NCBI GenBank assembly: GCA_963847625.1
Contig: CAWKAR010000019.1
Location: 64,001 to 128,000, forward strand
Direction of reading: 5' to 3'
Source of the DNA: a candidate division FCPU426 bacterium
Lineage (GTDB): Bacteria; Oederibacteriota; Muellerivitia; Muellerivitales; Muellerivitaceae
Length of the DNA: 64,000 bases
Shown here: positions 9,611 through 22,044 of the stretch, piece by piece
Numbering within the stretch: position 1 is the stretch's first letter
Layout: each line of letters begins with the position of its first letter
The notes under the pieces: model-generated
What the model was told of the DNA's origin: nothing
Databases searched by the model: none
Seen by the model: the letters and a program-made list of their open reading frames with translations, nothing else
Translations under genes and position numbers: made by a program

Positions 9611-12600
9611 CTATTTGAAGAAAATGACCCTTTTCCATTTTTTCCCGGAGGGTTCCACGAGGGAAAAGATATAAATTCCACTGGCGCAATAGTTGCCATA
9701 CTTGTTGGTCCCATCCCATAGGTACGACTCTCTGATCGGAGACTCGATGAACCGGGAATCAAGCGTTCGAATGTGTTCACCCGCCGAATTGTAAATCCGC
9801 AAGTCGAAACTCCCCGGATACACGGTGCTTTCCACAAATATGGAAACCGGATCCGAGGGGCTGAAAATATTTTTAGAAACATAAAAGATATCGGCGTAGA
9901 CGGGTGTCGGGGTGGCCGTGGAAGTGTTGGCGGGCGTATAGGTTAAGTATGGCGTGGACGTCCAAGTAAAAGTCGGCGTAGGGGTGGGTGTTGCCGTCGG
10001 GGTCAGCGTGGGTGTGTTTGTGGGAGTGCGCGTAGGGGCCTTCGTCAGGGTCGGAGTGGGCGTAGGAGTACTCGTCAAAGTAGGGGTCGATGTGGAGGTC
10101 GATGTCATGTTCAATTTGTTTGTGGAGGTAGCAGTTGGTGTCATAGTCGGTGTCGTCTTAGGCGTGCTAGTGGGCGTATTTGTCGGGGTCGGAGTAGAGG
10201 TTTCCGTATTCGTCGGGGTTGGAGTTTGAGTAGGGGTTAGGGTGTTCGTGAAAGTCGGTGTGGGGGATTTAGTTCCTGTGCTGGTATTGGCGAGCGTAGA
10301 CGTCATGGTCTGCGTATTGATAGCCGTTGCGGTGGGGGTGGAGGTCGTCGTGTTTGTCCTGGTATAGGTGGAAGTATTTGTGGGTGTATTTGTGGACATG
10401 GAAATGGGTGTGTTCGTCGAGGTATTGGTCGATGTGGATGTCGGCGTATTAGACGATGTCGCAGTAAGCGTGCTGGTGGACGTGTTCGTCACCGTCGGGG
10501 TGGGCGTGGAGGTCGGGTTATTCGTAGGTGTATCGGTCAATGTGGACGTAAGGGTCGCGGTGGAGGAGGGCGTCCCAGTTGATGTTAAAGAAGCGGTTGG
10601 AGTCTGGGAGACTGTCGCGCTATTCGTGGACGAGGGAGTGGGAGTAATCGTAGGCGTGGGTGTCAGCGTGTTCGTCGAGGCAGGCGTTAATGTCGTGGTT
10701 AGTGTAAGCGTAGGCGTGTAGGTAGGAGTCGGGCTGTTTGTGGGTGATGTCGTCCCCGTCAAAGTGTTCGTCGGTGAGGGAGTAATCGTCGGCATGGAAG
10801 TCGCCGTCGATGTCGGAGTGGATGTATTCGTTCGGGTATTAGTCGGGTTCAGCGTAGGCGTACCCGTGAGCGTAGAAGTCGGAGTATTCGTAAGGGTAGA
10901 AGTCGTTGTAGACGTCGGCGTGTTGGTGGGAGTGGGGGTTGGGGTATTCGTCGGCGTAGACGTGGATGTCGTCGTCAGGGTCGGCGAAGCGGTAGGGGAA
11001 TTGGTCGGGGTAGAAGTATATGTCGAAGTGAAGGTAGAAGTAAGGGTTGGAGTTCCCGTTAGTGTGAGAGTCATGGAAGGGGTTGAAGTATTTGTTGGAG
11101 TGGATGTAGGGGTCTGTGTTGCGGTAAATGTGGGTGTGAGAGTCATCGATTCCGTCGATGTGGATGTTGGCGTATTGGTTGGTGTAGGGGTGGGTGTTGT
11201 TGTCGGAGTCGGCGTGTTTGTGTTCGTTGGCGAGTATGTCGGGGTATTGGTCTGCGTAGGCGTGGGTGTTGTCGTCGGGGTCAAAGTGGAGGTCGGCGTC
11301 CCCGTCTGTGAGTTCGTAGGTGTGGTTGTAACGGTGGGGGTGTTTGTCAGCGTAGGGGTTGGAGTCCAAGTCGAAGTGACCGTGGGTGTGTTCGTCACCG
11401 TCGAAGTCGGGGTGGAAGTCGCCGTATTCGTGGGTGTTGGAGTTTGCGTTCGAGTTGGGGTATTCGTGAAAGTGGGTGTGGGTGATGTGGTTCCTGTGCT
11501 GGTATTGGTTACCGTGGACGTCACCGTCGGCGTATTGCTGGCGGTTGGGGTGGGAGTAGAGGTCGGCGTATTCGTTCTCGTACTGGTTAAAGTGTTCGTC
11601 GGCGTAGCTGTGGCCGTATTCGATGGGGTATTCGTGGATGTGGGAGTCAATGTCTTAGTCGGTGTCGCTGTAGGCGTGTTAGTGGACGTATTCGTCACCG
11701 TCGGGGTGGGGGTAGAAGTTGCCGTATTTGTGGGTGTTAGTGTGGGAGTGGGAGTTCTCGTTGGCGTGTTCGTGGGAGTCGAGGTTGGTGTCATTGTCGG
11801 GGTAGGTGTAGGTGTATTCGTGGGTGTGTTGGTCGGTGTGTTCGTCGAAGTGGAAGTCAATGTCCGGGTCGGGGTGGATGTCGAGGTTAGAGTGTTCGTG
11901 GACGATGGCGTTCGGGTTAGGGTAGAAGTGGAAGTTGGCGTCTGTGTGGGGGTATTGGTCGTTGTAGGAGTAGGGGTCGTTGTGGGTGTCGGTGTGGGTG
12001 TAAGTGTTCTTGTTGGTGTATTCGTCGGGGTCGGAGTCGTCGTCGGAGTAGGCGTGGGTGTATTCGTGGGAGAAAGGGTAAGCGTACGGGTCGGGGTGAG
12101 AGTAGCCGTGTTAGTGGGTGTTAGTGTGGGAGTGGGAGTTCTCGTTGGCGTGTTCGTGGGAGTCGAGGTTGGTGTCATTGTCGGGGTAGGTGTAGGTGTA
12201 TTCGTGGGTGTGTTGGTCGGTGTGTTCGTCGAAGTGGAAGTCAATGTCCGGGTCGGGGTGGATGTCGAGGTTAGAGTGTTCGTAGACGATGGCGTTCGGG
12301 TTAAGGTAGAAGTGGAAGTTGGCGTCTGTGTGGGGGTATTGGTCGTTGTAGGAGTAGGGGTCGTTGTGGGTGTCGGTGTGGGTGTAAGTGTTCTTGTTGG
12401 TGTATTCGTCTGCGTATTAGTCGGGGTAGGCGTGAGTGTATTCGTTGATGTGTTGGTCGGAGTGTTCGTGGGTGTGGAAGTGGATGTGCGGGTGTAAGTT
12501 GGGGTCGAAGTAGGTGTGCTAGTCGGCGTAGGAGTGGGTGTTCGGGTCGGGGTTGGTGTCAACGAATTCGTGGGTGTGTTGGTTGGAGTATTCGTCGAAG

Positions 12601-15130
12601 TGGAAGTTGGCGTACGGGTCGGAGTGGGAGTGTTTGTCCGAGTAGGAGTCGGGGTGGGAGTTGAAGTCGGAGTATTCGTCGAAGTGGGAGTCACTGTCCG
12701 GGTCAGGGTGAGTGTTAGAGTCAGAGTGTTCGTAGGCGTTGGCGTCCGGGTTGGGGTTGGAGTTAGCGTCGGCGTGTTTGTAGGAGTGTTGGTGGGTGTA
12801 GTCGTCTGGGTCGGGGTCCGGGTCGGAGTTGCCGTAGGGGTGCTGGTGGACGTGTTCGTCAGGGTCGGAGTCAGCGTTGGGGTCGAGGTGGGTGTGGGTA
12901 TTGCCGTGGCAATTGAAATCTTCGCCACAAAGGTGTCATAAGCGCCGCCGAAAGCCGTCTGATAGACCCCGCTGGTCGTGGGGAAACTTCCGGAGGTCCA
13001 TCCCGTCACATAAATATTCCCCGACCCATCCACCGCGGTGCCATAGCCATATTCGTCCCCACTCCCGCCCAGATAGGTCGAATAGGCCAGGCCGCTTCCC
13101 GTGGCATTCAGTTCCGTCACAAAAGCGTCATCACTGCCGCCGAACACCGTCTGATAGGCTCCGGTGGTCGTTGGAAAATTCGTTGAAGACGTAAAACCCG
13201 TCACATAAGCGTCCCCCGACCCATCCACCGCGATGCTATAGCCGCGATCACCACCGCTGCCACCCAGGTAGGTCGAATAGACCAGGCCGCTCCCCGTGGT
13301 ATTCAACTCCGTTACGAAAGCGTCAGTACCGCCACCGTAAGCCGACTGGAAGGCCCCGGTGGTCTTGGGGAAATTCGTTGATTGTGTATATCCAGTCACA
13401 TAAGCGTCCCCCGACCCATCCACCGCGATGCCATAGCCATATTCGGTGCTGCTTCCGCCCAGAAAGGTCGAATAGACCAGGGCGCTCCCCGCGGCGTTCA
13501 GCTCCGTAACAAAAGCGTCAATACCACCGCCATAAGCCGTCTGATAGGCGCCGGTGGTCGTGGGAAAACCCGTTGAAGTTGTATATCCCGTCACATAAGC
13601 GTCCCCCGACCCATCCACCGCGATGGCATTGCCTTGATCGTTAACGCTCCCGCCCAGATAGGTCGAATAGACCAGGCCGCTCCCCGTAGCATTCAATTCC
13701 GCCACAAAAGCGTCAGTATTGAGGCCATAAACCGTCTGATAAGCCCCGGTGGTCGTGGGGAAACCTCCTGAGGTCGATCCCGTCACATAAGCGTTCCCCG
13801 CCCCATTCACCGCGATGCCATATCCATAATCCCCCCCGGTTCCTCCCAGGTAGGTCGAATAGACCAGCGCGCTTCCCATGGGATTCAACTCTGTCACAAA
13901 CGCGTCATCACCCCCGCCCAAAACCGTCTGGTAGGCCCCGGGGGTCGTGGGGAAATTCGTTGAAGTCGTATATCCAGTCACATAAGCGTCCCCTGACCCA
14001 TCCAACGCTATGCCCTGGCCTGAATCGGTCCCGTTCCCGCCCAGGTAGGTCGAATAGATCAGCGCGCTACCCGAAGCGTTCAGCTCCATCACAAAAGCGT
14101 TCTGGTTGCCGCCCAAAACCGTCTGGTAGGCCCCGGTGGTTGTGGGGAAATTCGTTGAAGTCGTATAGCCCGTCACATAAGCGTTCCCCGACCCATTTAC
14201 CGCAATGGCATTGCCATAATCGGCCCCGATCCCTCCCAAGTAGGTCGAATAATTCAAAACCGGGTCGATGATCAAGAGACTGGATTTGTCATACGCGCCC
14301 AACTCGAAACCGATTTTGCCGTCTCCCCTTAAAGCGTACCGTCCGGACACATTGACCTCTCCCCGGGCGGTTCGTTGGTAAACCCGGGGGGCCCTGAAGA
14401 CCAATTCCCCCCCTTGCGCCTCCAGGATCAGGTTCCCTTGTTCATCGGACTTCGTTTCATTCGCGCCCTCATACCTTAACTGGATGACGTTTGGATCAGC
14501 ACCCGGATTCACGACAAAGTCATATTCCAAGTTTCTTTGGTTTCCGTAGTACTCCACGTCGATACCGGGATAGACGTTCTCGGCTTTCACTTTAGCAAAC
14601 AAGGGAATTTTCGTACGATTTCGCGAAGAGCCGTTGCCAATGAAATAATTGGCCGTTCCTTCCATATTTCCCTCGCCGTGACAGACAGCCTTCGGATCGG
14701 CCTCCTCCAGCCTCATGCGAATGACCGATTGTTTTAATTCGTTTTTTTTCAGCTCATGTTCAGGAATATCAAACTTCGAGGAAGGTTTGGTTTCGGGAAT
14801 GCACAAAGCTAGCACCGCTTCCCGGGGAGTGACAAAAAGAGTATAGCCGCTCCCCCTGGAAAGAAACCTTACCTGGGGGTCGGTTTGGCCCTGGTTGAGC
14901 TCGAAGGAAAGCGGAATCCGGCCGTAAGTCTGGTTGAGCCTCAGCAGTGTAGCCTGATCCAGCTGGGTAACCCTGGAAGATGCTTGGGATTTATTCGGGG
15001 AGGAGGAAGAGCTATTGCCATGCCGGTCCATTCTGCCGGAGGAAACCAAACCCATTCCAATAATCGTTATGATACAGGTAAAAATACCAGCGTTTAAAAA
15101 CCGTATCTTATTCCGGGTTGCATTCATCAT
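9611..15130 (-). CDS. Giant secreted protein: SBBP beta-propeller repeats, ~1000-aa Thr/Pro linker, C-terminal FlgD-Ig-like domain
   Basis: [10 protein letters not shown], repeated YSTYLGG...[26 protein letters not shown] tracts, terminal [12 protein letters not shown]...WDGTNKYG...ASGIY. Confidence 0.85.
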   Translation of the reverse strand: MMNATRNKIRFLNAGIFTCIITIIGMGLVSSGRMDRHGNSSSSSPNKSQASSRVTQLDQATLLRLNQTYGRIPLSFELNQGQTDPQVRFLSRGSGYTLFVTPREAVLALCIPETKPSSKFDIPEHELKKNELKQSVIRMRLEEADPKAVCHGEGNMEGTANYFIGNGSSRNRTKIPLFAKVKAENVYPGIDVEYYGNQRNLEYDFVVNPGADPNVIQLRYEGANETKSDEQGNLILEAQGGELVFRAPRVYQRTARGEVNVSGRYALRGDGKIGFELGAYDKSSLLIIDPVLNYSTYLGGIGADYGNAIAVNGSGNAYVTGYTTSTNFPTTTGAYQTVLGGNQNAFVMELNASGSALIYSTYLGGNGTDSGQGIALDGSGDAYVTGYTTSTNFPTTPGAYQTVLGGGDDAFVTELNPMGSALVYSTYLGGTGGDYGYGIAVNGAGNAYVTGSTSGGFPTTTGAYQTVYGLNTDAFVAELNATGSGLVYSTYLGGSVNDQGNAIAVDGSGDAYVTGYTTSTGFPTTTGAYQTAYGGGIDAFVTELNAAGSALVYSTFLGGSSTEYGYGIAVDGSGDAYVTGYTQSTNFPKTTGAFQSAYGGGTDAFVTELNTTGSGLVYSTYLGGSGGDRGYSIAVDGSGDAYVTGFTSSTNFPTTTGAYQTVFGGSDDAFVTELNATGSGLAYSTYLGGSGDEYGYGTAVDGSGNIYVTGWTSGSFPTTSGVYQTAFGGAYDTFVAKISIATAIPTPTSTPTLTPTLTNTSTSTPTATPTRTPTQTTTPTNTPTNTPTLTPTPTRTPTPTNTLTLTLTLTRTVTPTSTNTPTSTPTPTPTRTNTPTPTRTPTSTSTNTPTNTPTNSLTPTPTRTPTPTPTSTPTSTPTYTRTSTSTPTNTPTNTSTNTLTPTPTNTQTNTPTRTLTPTPTPTTTPTPTTTNTPTQTPTSTSTLTRTPSSTNTLTSTSTPTRTLTSTSTNTPTNTPTNTPTPTPTMTPTSTPTNTPTRTPTPTLTPTNTATLTPTRTLTLSPTNTPTPTPTTTPTPTNTPTRTLTPTPTPTTTPTPTTTNTPTQTPTSTSTLTRTPSSTNTLTSTSTPTRTLTSTSTNTPTNTPTNTPTPTPTMTPTSTPTNTPTRTPTPTLTPTNTATSTPTPTVTNTSTNTPTATPTKTLTPTSTNTPSNTATATPTNTLTSTRTNTPTSTPTPTASNTPTVTSTVTNTSTGTTSPTPTFTNTPTRTQTPTPTNTATSTPTSTVTNTPTVTSTWTPTPTLTNTPTVTTTPTNSQTGTPTSTLTPTTTPTPTQTNTPTYSPTNTNTPTPTTTPTPTPTNTPTSTSTESMTLTPTFTATQTPTSTPTNTSTPSMTLTLTGTPTLTSTFTSTYTSTPTNSPTASPTLTTTSTSTPTNTPTPTPTNTPTSTTTSTLTNTPTSTLTGTPTLNPTNTRTNTSTPTSTATSMPTITPSPTNTLTGTTSPTNSPTPTYTPTLTLTTTLTPASTNTLTPTPTITPTPSSTNSATVSQTPTASLTSTGTPSSTATLTSTLTDTPTNNPTSTPTPTVTNTSTSTLTATSSNTPTSTSTNTSTNTPISMSTNTPTNTSTYTRTNTTTSTPTATAINTQTMTSTLANTSTGTKSPTPTFTNTLTPTQTPTPTNTETSTPTPTNTPTSTPKTTPTMTPTATSTNKLNMTSTSTSTPTLTSTPTPTPTLTKAPTRTPTNTPTLTPTATPTPTPTFTWTSTPYLTYTPANTSTATPTPVYADIFYVSKNIFSPSDPVSIFVESTVYPGSFDLRIYNSAGEHIRTLDSRFIESPIRESYLWDGTNKYGNYCASGIYIFSLVEPSGKKWKRVIFFK
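11730..12410. repeat. 297-bp near-identical intragenic duplication (11730-12026 / 12114-12410)
   Basis: Direct comparison, offset 384 bp, only two differences seen. Confidence 0.8.
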
Positions 15131-15276
15131 GATCTTTAGCCCGTCCAGGGCGCGAAAAACAAAGAACCTATAGAGACGTTTTTACTGTTTATTCCTCCAA
15201 CTACCTGTAACAACTTTTCAAGGACATTGGTGAATGGCGTGGGGGTATCCGCGGGCGTGAAACGGACGGCTCGATT

Positions 15277-18200
15277 TCACTTTAAGACTAACAGTTTTAC
15301 GACCGACCTGCCTTGGGTCGTATGGATCACAACGTAATAAAGACCGCTCGCCAGGGGTTTATTCCAAATATCCACAAGTTGAATGGGGATGAGGCCCCAG
15401 GCCATGGGGATATAAATTTTTTCCTGAACCTTCCGGAACGCGATGGTGAAGATTTGCACTTTCACCTCTGAAATCCCCTTGTAAGCCGGTGGCATGACAC
15501 TGACCGGCCGGGTTCCATCCGAAGGATTGGGAAACACGTAAGACAGTGATGAAGTGGCTGATGACGAAGTGGGGGTGGAGGTAAATGTTGGAGTTCGGTT
15601 TAAGAAGGTAGGGGTTGAAGACGGAGTATCCGTCGGTGTGGGAGTCGGTGTATAGGTTGGTGTGTTGGTGGTCGTGTAAGTATTAGTCGGAGTGCTCGTG
15701 GGCGACTGAGTCCCTGTATTGGTATTAGTTACCGTAGGCGTCGCCGTCGGAGTTAACGTGTTAGTCATCGTGTTCGTCTGAGTACTAGTAAACGTATTCG
15801 TCTGCGTGGGTGTGTTGGTGGGCGTATTCGTCGGCGTTTGTGTAGGCGTATCAGACAACGTATTCGTTGATGTGCTGGAAGCCGTGCTCGTGGGCGTATT
15901 GGTCCTTGTACTTGTCGAAGTGCTCGTAAAGGTGGCCGTGGGGGTATTCGTGGGAGTTGGTGTCGATGTGGACGTGTTCGTAGGCGTTGGTGATGGGGTG
16001 TTTGTCGGCGTATGGGTCGATGTGCTGGTTAGTGTACGGGTGGGAGTAATGGTGACCGTGGACGTGTTAGTCGCAGTGGGCGTGGGCGGCTGAGTCCCTG
16101 TGCTGGTATCGGTCGCCGTGGACGTTATCGTCGGCGTGGGCGTCCGGGTGCTGGTTAAAGTATTCGTCGGCGTATTGGTGGGTGTATTCGTCGGCATGTT
16201 TGTGGCTGTGGACGTGGAGGTCAGCGTCGGCGTGTTCGTCGGCGTAATTGTCACTGTCGGGGTCGGCGTCAGCGTTATCGTCGGAGTCGATGTGGATGTG
16301 GAAGTCGGCGTCCTCGTTGCTGTGCTTGTTCCGGTCGACGTTGGCGTATTCGTTGCCGTGTTGGTCGGGGTGTTTGTAGACGTGGATGTCGGCGTCTGTG
16401 TCGATGTGTTCGTCAGTGTGGGTGTCGCGGTATGGGTCGGCGTATGGGTGACCGTGGGCGTATTGGTCGCCGTGGGCGTGGGCGATTGAGTCCCTGTGCT
16501 GGTATCGGTCGCCGTGGACGTTATCGTCGGCGTATTGGTGATCGTCATTGTCGGTGTGTTTGTCGGCGTATTCGTCCTGGTGCTGGTTAAAGTATTCGTC
16601 GGCGTATTGGTGGGCGTATTCGTCGGCGTGTTTGTGGCTGTGGAGGTCCGCGTCGGAGTGTTCGTGGGTGTGTTCGTGGACGTATTCGTCGGCGTGGGCG
16701 TAGAGGTGTCCGTAATCGTGTTAACGGGCGTATTCGTCAGCGTGGGTGTGGCTGTGGGCGTGGAGGTCCGCGTCAGCGTGTTCGTCAACGTGCTCGTCGG
16801 TGTGTTTGTGGATGTATTAATGGATGTATTCGTTGGCGTGGGTGTGGCTGTGGACGTGTTAATAGACGTATTCGTCGGCGTATTTGTGGCTGTGGACGTG
16901 GAGGTCCTCGTCGGGGTGTTCGTAAGAGTATTCGTGAGTGTACTCGTTAGCGTGGGTGTGGCTGTGGATGTAGAGGTCCTCGTCGGGGTGTTCGTCGACG
17001 TTAGTGTATTAGTATTTGTAGGCGTAATGGTGACCGTAGGCGTATTAGTCGCCGTGGGCGTGGGCGACTGAGTCCCTGTGCTGGTATCGGTCGCCGTGGA
17101 CGTTATCGTCGGCGTAGGTGTATTCGTCGGCGTGGGCGTCCTGGTGCTGGTTAAAGTATTCGTCGGCGTATTTGTGGGCGTATTCGTCGGCGTGTTCGTG
17201 AGAGTATTCGTCGGCGTGTTCGTGGATGTCCGGGTCAGGGTGTTCGTCGCGGTCGTCGTATTTATTGGCGTATTCGTTGCCGTATTCGTGGTCGTGCTGG
17301 TGAGCGTGTTCGTCCGTGTGCTGGTGGAAGTGCTCGTCGCCGTGTTCGTGGGCGTATTGGTGTTCGTTGACGTGTAAATGGACGTATTCGTCGACGTGCT
17401 TGTGATCGTAACGGTCGGCGTATTCGTCCTGGTCGGGGTTGACGTGAGGGTCGCCGTGTTCGTGGCCGTATTCGTCGACGTAGGCGTGGTCGTATTAGCA
17501 GGGGAATTCGTTCTGGTCGGCGTTGATGTGGAGGTCGCCGTATTCGTAGGCGTATTGGTGTTCGTTGGCGTGTACACGGACGTGTTCGTCGACGTGCTTG
17601 TGATCGTAACGGTCGGCGTGTTCGTCCTGGTCGGGGTTGACGTGAGGGTCGCCGTGTTCGTGGCCGTATTCGTCAGTGTATTTGTAAGTGTGCTGGTGGG
17701 TGTGTTCGTCCTGGTCGGCGTTGATGTGGAGGTTGCCGTATTCGTGGGCGTATTGGTGTTCGTTGGCGTGTAAATGAACGTATTCGTCGACGTGCTTGTG
17801 ATCGTAACGGTCGGCGTGTTCGTCCTGGTCGGGGTTGACGTGAGGGTTGCCGTGTTCGTGGGCGTATTCGTCAGTGTATTTGTAAGTGTGCTGGTGGGTG
17901 TGTTCGTCCTGGGCGGGGTTGACGTGGACGTAGAGGTGTTCGTTGGCGTATTGGTGTTCGTTGACGTGTACACGGACGTGTTCGTCGACGTACTTGTGAT
18001 CGTAACAGTCGGTGTATTCGTCCTGGTCGGGGTTGACGTTGAGGTCGCCGTGTTCGTGGGCGTATTCGTTGGCGTATTCGTAGGTGTACTGGTCAGTGTG
18101 TTCGTCCTGGTCGGGGTTGACGTTGAGGTCGCCGTATTCGTGGCCGTAGAGGTGTTTGTTGGCGTGTTCACGGACGTATTCGTCGACGTACTTGTAACCG

Positions 18201-20406
18201 TAACGGTCGGCGTGTTCGTCCTGGTTGGGGTTGACGTGAGGGTCGCCGTATTCGTGGGCGTATTCGTCGGCGTATAAGTAGCCGTATTCGTCGGTGTGTT
18301 CGTCCTGGTCGTAGTTAATGTGAGCGTAGAGGTATTCGTTGGCGTGTTCACGAACGTATTCGTGGGGGTAAGCGTAGCCGTATTAGTAGGTGAATTCGTC
18401 CTGGTTGGGGTCGGTGTGGAGGTCGCCGTATTCGTGGGCGTAGGCGTAGCGGTATTCGTCGGCGAATTCGTCCGTGTGGGGGTTGCCGTAGGAGTCGACG
18501 TGGACGTGTTCGTCGGCGCGGTCGTGTACGTATTAGTGGCCGTGTTCGTCCGGGTTGCGGTTGGGGTAGGCGTAGTGGTAGCAGTGTTCGTGAAGGTGCT
18601 GGATACCGTATTGGTTGGTGAATTGGTCCGAGTATTGGTTAAAGTCGGGGTCAGGGTTGGGGTAGGCGTGTTTGTCGGTGAATTTGTCCGGGTTACGGTT
18701 GGGGTGGGTGTGCTTGTACCTGTGTTCGTGGAAGTGTTGGTTGCCGTATTATTCGGCGTATTGGTCCGCGTGCTGGTAGAAGTCGGGGTCAGGGTCTGTG
18801 TAGGGGTGTTTGTCGGCGTATTCGTCCGGGTATTCGTCAAAGAAACTGTTGGCGTCGGGGTCAAAGTCCTCGTAGGGGTGTTCGTCGTGGTGCTACCGGC
18901 AGTGCAAACCACTGAGATGGAAATGCTGTTGCTGGTCACCGGCCCCCCGCCCCCCCAATTGGCCACACCCGCGTCGGTGACGACATTGCAATAATCGCTG
19001 GTGTTGGCGCTATAGGAACCCACGATGAACGTGATTGGCGCGCAGCCACCCCCGGGCAGGTTGCTTACCACCCAGCTCAGGTTCGGATAGGCCGTACTCG
19101 TGGGATTGATCGTCACAGACGCGCCCGACACCGTCACGGTCCAGGTGCTGTAACCGGGCCCCTCGAAGGACCATCCCAAGGGATTCGTGATGCTGTCCGT
19201 GACCGTGACCGAATTCGCTGTGACCGACCCTGACGCATTGCAAACATTCAGGAACATCGTGATGGGCCCGCTATCCGAATAATTGGAAGTGGGCCCGCCC
19301 GTGGTCTTGGTCAGGGTGATTTTGGGCGGTACGGTGGGGGTGAATGTCGCGGTAATCGTGGGAGTATCAGTGGGAGATCCGGGCGTTACGTTGCAACCCG
19401 GCATCTGTGCGCTCGTTGTTCCCGGGGGCGCGGATTCACTTGGGCTGTACGTACTGCAGTTCACCGAGACTGTGACGGTATTATTCGGCTCATAGCTTGA
19501 GATTTGGAAGTATAAAGTCCCACCCTGAAGGACGCTGACGCCGGCATCGTCCCACATATTGGGATTCTGGTGGGAGCTTACCCGGGTCAGGGCGGTAAAC
19601 GGCCCGGTCGAGCTGGCGCTGTAACCCACGGATTTGATAGGAAACAGCTCATCCAGGAACATGAGCGGGTTATAGGAAGCCTGCGCGCTGGTGGCCCATT
19701 CATAGGCGATGTTTCCCGAGGTGTTGTCAAAGGTCACCGCGGCATTTCCGGTTTTGGGGCAGGGGACAAAACCCCACTGGCAGGTTGAACCGTCCCGGCC
19801 GGTGGTGTCGGTGTTGCTGGGAAAACTTCCGGAACAAGTGGGACTCCCGCAATCCAGTATTTGGTACGCCGCCTGGGCCAAATCCAAGTGGTAAGATCCA
19901 TTCCAGCAGTTATTTAGGTTTTGACTTCCTTGAGGGCACTCATCCACGATCATCACGGTGACCGAGTAACCATTCGCGGTGTTCGTTACTGCCGCGCAGG
20001 CCCCGCAGGGGTAAGCGCCCACGCCGCCGCCGTTCCCATTCGCCGCCGCCGTATCCCCGTAGTCATAACCGTCAATGGCCGCGAAATAGTTCGGGTCGTA
20101 AGTGCCGATGGGATATCCGCAAGCAGAGGGAGAACCGGGGACACTGAACCATGTCGGCTGGTTTTCCTGGAAAACCATTTGGGTATCGCTGGGACAAAAT
20201 ATTGGGGTTGCCATCAAGGTTGGGATCGCGATCGCGGTAGTACTGCAGGTATAAGTCACGGGGGTTCCAGCCGCAAAGGAAGGGATGACGTTATTCGACC
20301 AAAATAAAACCGTCATAAGAGCCAATACCCCCTGGCCAAGGGGCGGTTTAATCCGAAAAAGCGTTTTCAAAACTCCAATTTTTTTATCAGATTTAACCGG
20401 TTTCAT
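15277..20406 (-). CDS. Giant secreted protein: expansin-like domain, DUF11-like domain, ~1100-aa Thr/Pro/Asn linker, C-terminal sorting-type domain
   Basis: [28 protein letters not shown] expansin motifs; ITLTKT...VTVTDSI; terminal VFPNP...[10 protein letters not shown]. Confidence 0.75.
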   Translation of the reverse strand: MKPVKSDKKIGVLKTLFRIKPPLGQGVLALMTVLFWSNNVIPSFAAGTPVTYTCSTTAIAIPTLMATPIFCPSDTQMVFQENQPTWFSVPGSPSACGYPIGTYDPNYFAAIDGYDYGDTAAANGNGGGVGAYPCGACAAVTNTANGYSVTVMIVDECPQGSQNLNNCWNGSYHLDLAQAAYQILDCGSPTCSGSFPSNTDTTGRDGSTCQWGFVPCPKTGNAAVTFDNTSGNIAYEWATSAQASYNPLMFLDELFPIKSVGYSASSTGPFTALTRVSSHQNPNMWDDAGVSVLQGGTLYFQISSYEPNNTVTVSVNCSTYSPSESAPPGTTSAQMPGCNVTPGSPTDTPTITATFTPTVPPKITLTKTTGGPTSNYSDSGPITMFLNVCNASGSVTANSVTVTDSITNPLGWSFEGPGYSTWTVTVSGASVTINPTSTAYPNLSWVVSNLPGGGCAPITFIVGSYSANTSDYCNVVTDAGVANWGGGGPVTSNSISISVVCTAGSTTTNTPTRTLTPTPTVSLTNTRTNTPTNTPTQTLTPTSTSTRTNTPNNTATNTSTNTGTSTPTPTVTRTNSPTNTPTPTLTPTLTNTRTNSPTNTVSSTFTNTATTTPTPTATRTNTATNTYTTAPTNTSTSTPTATPTRTNSPTNTATPTPTNTATSTPTPTRTNSPTNTATLTPTNTFVNTPTNTSTLTLTTTRTNTPTNTATYTPTNTPTNTATLTSTPTRTNTPTVTVTSTSTNTSVNTPTNTSTATNTATSTSTPTRTNTLTSTPTNTPTNTPTNTATSTSTPTRTNTPTVTITSTSTNTSVYTSTNTNTPTNTSTSTSTPPRTNTPTSTLTNTLTNTPTNTATLTSTPTRTNTPTVTITSTSTNTFIYTPTNTNTPTNTATSTSTPTRTNTPTSTLTNTLTNTATNTATLTSTPTRTNTPTVTITSTSTNTSVYTPTNTNTPTNTATSTSTPTRTNSPANTTTPTSTNTATNTATLTSTPTRTNTPTVTITSTSTNTSIYTSTNTNTPTNTATSTSTSTRTNTLTSTTTNTATNTPINTTTATNTLTRTSTNTPTNTLTNTPTNTPTNTPTNTLTSTRTPTPTNTPTPTITSTATDTSTGTQSPTPTATNTPTVTITPTNTNTLTSTNTPTRTSTSTATPTLTSTLTNTLTNTPTRTSTSTATNTPTNTSINTSTATPTPTNTSINTSTNTPTSTLTNTLTRTSTPTATPTLTNTPVNTITDTSTPTPTNTSTNTPTNTPTRTSTATNTPTNTPTNTPTNTLTSTRTNTPTNTPTMTITNTPTITSTATDTSTGTQSPTPTATNTPTVTHTPTHTATPTLTNTSTQTPTSTSTNTPTNTATNTPTSTGTSTATRTPTSTSTSTPTITLTPTPTVTITPTNTPTLTSTSTATNMPTNTPTNTPTNTLTSTRTPTPTITSTATDTSTGTQPPTPTATNTSTVTITPTRTLTSTSTHTPTNTPSPTPTNTSTSTPTPTNTPTATFTSTSTSTRTNTPTSTASSTSTNTLSDTPTQTPTNTPTNTPTQTNTFTSTQTNTMTNTLTPTATPTVTNTNTGTQSPTSTPTNTYTTTNTPTYTPTPTPTDTPSSTPTFLNRTPTFTSTPTSSSATSSLSYVFPNPSDGTRPVSVMPPAYKGISEVKVQIFTIAFRKVQEKIYIPMAWGLIPIQLVDIWNKPLASGLYYVVIHTTQGRSVVKLLVLK
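17381..18270. repeat. Intragenic tandem repeat, 198-bp (66-aa) period, about 4.5 copies
   Basis: ACGT[A/G]TTCGTCGACGT recurs near 17381, 17579, 17777, 17975 and 18173. Confidence 0.75.
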
Positions 20407-20712
20407 TTATCCACAAACCTTGAAATGATTTCAGTCATTCTTTCTTATTATAAACCAAATAATCTCGAACAAGATTACATGTAAACATTACCGCAATTAG
20501 TTCCCTTTTTGTTAGTGGAACCTTAAGGGCTTTAACGCTCAAGTTGCTTAGTACTATCCTCTTTGTAACTTCCTGCCGCTTCCGGGAAGTTTGCTCAACG
20601 TGGTAGCGGACGATATTCATTCCTCCCATCCGTTCAATGAGATTCTTAGTCAGAAGCCGGCTCTTGTCCGAAAGTTTCTAGGGTTGGAAGGTTAACTGAT
20701 GGATTTCAAAAC

Positions 20713-21081
20713 TTAAGCGTTGGAAATTTTGTCCAAAAAGACCAGCAGGGAATACCGGTCGCTGGTTTTCATCATGAGGAAAGTAAGGCCGGCGCCGTTT
20801 TTGTTGGCCCGAACCACTTCGGCGTAGACCCCGATGACATTCGTCACATCCAGCAGGAATAGATCCAATTGGATGATATTGCCTATCTCCAAAGGCTGGT
20901 CCACGGTGATATACATGCCGCCCAAGCTGATGTCCAGGGTGAAGGCGTTTATGTCCTTTTTTCGCCACACCACAATGTTCCTGATTTCCTCTTTATCCTC
21001 AACCAGCCGGAACTTGACGGGGATCTTGACCGAAACGCGGGGATTGGTCCGCTTCTCAATTGATATTTGGGCATCAGGCAT
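20713..21081 (-). CDS. PilZ-domain protein (paralog of 1891-2247)
   Basis: EKRTNPR, DISLGG, AEVVR...GAGLTF; start MPDAQ with GGAGGG RBS. Confidence 0.85.
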   Translation of the reverse strand: MPDAQISIEKRTNPRVSVKIPVKFRLVEDKEEIRNIVVWRKKDINAFTLDISLGGMYITVDQPLEIGNIIQLDLFLLDVTNVIGVYAEVVRANKNGAGLTFLMMKTSDRYSLLVFLDKISNA

Positions 21082-21200
21082 ATAGCCCTCCGGCAAAATG
21101 TATATCCGGCCGGACTGGAGTTTGTCAAATACGAGTAAGTAGTATTTGGCTGGAATTTTCGCGAAAAAGTGGACAGCTTTTAGGCTAAAAATCGGAAAAG

Positions 21201-21241
21201 CATGGAATAGTAGGAGGTAAGCACCCCCGTCTTCAATCAAT
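21201..21241 (-). promoter_or_regulatory. 41-bp conserved upstream element, putative sigma70 promoter
   Basis: 37/41 identical to 23394-23434; minus strand TTGAAG-N18-TACTAT. Confidence 0.45.
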
Positions 21242-21340
21242 TATCCCAAAAACAAAATGGAAAGCCGAGTCCTGTAGTGATCGCCAGGTCTGACCTGCCC
21301 CGGTTTTAGCACACCTTGGTTTCCCAGTGGGCAGGCGGGA

Positions 21341-21922
21341 TCAAGCCCCATTCAGCCGAGGATTAACCAACTGACAATCCTCCACCCAAGGTAAATGGAA
21401 GAATCCCCGCCGAAGGGTGATGGCCAAGCGGGTTCCCAGGCCGACGTTATAATAAAAAACCGGGGAGATCAGTAGTTCACAATTCTTATCGCTATTGTCC
21501 CAGTCATGAAAATAAATTAAATGAGCCATGGGATTCGGCCCGTCCTTGATGCTTCCTCCGAAAGACGAGATTTTTTTGTCCACGACGTAGACCACGCGGG
21601 TTTCAGGCTCGGATGTGTCCAACAAACCATTGGCCAATTGGAGGCTGAAGCGCAGAAAAAAGCCCAATAAAACACAAAAAAATAAAAAGAACGCCGCCAC
21701 AGCCAGGAACGGTATCTTTTCTTTAAGCGCGCTCTTGATTAATCTCTTGAAAATCAAATAGCACAGGCTTATCGCAGACAATCCGCAAATCAAATCCACC
21801 CATAAAAAATTCGAATGCTTGACAAGCCGGAAGTAAATACCACAAAAGAAATACTCCGCGATTAAAACCGCGATAAAAACGATAAAAATTTTAAAAATGA
21901 GATATACACGGCTAGTTTTCAT
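21341..21922 (-). CDS. Hypothetical membrane protein
   Basis: Three hydrophobic helices followed by a soluble beta-rich tail. Confidence 0.6.
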   Translation of the reverse strand: MKTSRVYLIFKIFIVFIAVLIAEYFFCGIYFRLVKHSNFLWVDLICGLSAISLCYLIFKRLIKSALKEKIPFLAVAAFFLFFCVLLGFFLRFSLQLANGLLDTSEPETRVVYVVDKKISSFGGSIKDGPNPMAHLIYFHDWDNSDKNCELLISPVFYYNVGLGTRLAITLRRGFFHLPWVEDCQLVNPRLNGA

Positions 21923-22044
21923 TTTTAGGAAATTCCTTCCCTTCTGAAACCAATCGGGTGCTAAAACTCCAACCATCCGTCAATATTTTATCCAATTTTA
22001 GGTCAGTTAAGACTCCTTCGGGGCCTGGCCCCCTTTTTCCCTTT

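Noticed and set aside
9340..9882. N-terminal extension of the hydrogenase beta ORF
   Set aside because: Overlaps the upstream gene; a good RBS and the homology start at 9339.
9954..18994. Long Val/Gly-rich plus-strand ORFs
   Set aside because: Antisense shadows of Thr/Pro codon repeats.
20407..20415. Perfect DnaA box TTATCCACA
   Set aside because: Isolated single box, plausible by chance.
20500..20610. c-di-GMP-I riboswitch-like GCAAAC..stem..CAAAG upstream of the expansin gene
   Set aside because: No GNRA loop/receptor or convincing second stem; would need an Infernal search.
21291..21335. TGACCTGCCCCGG resembling an IS3-family end
   Set aside because: Single end, no partner IR or transposase.
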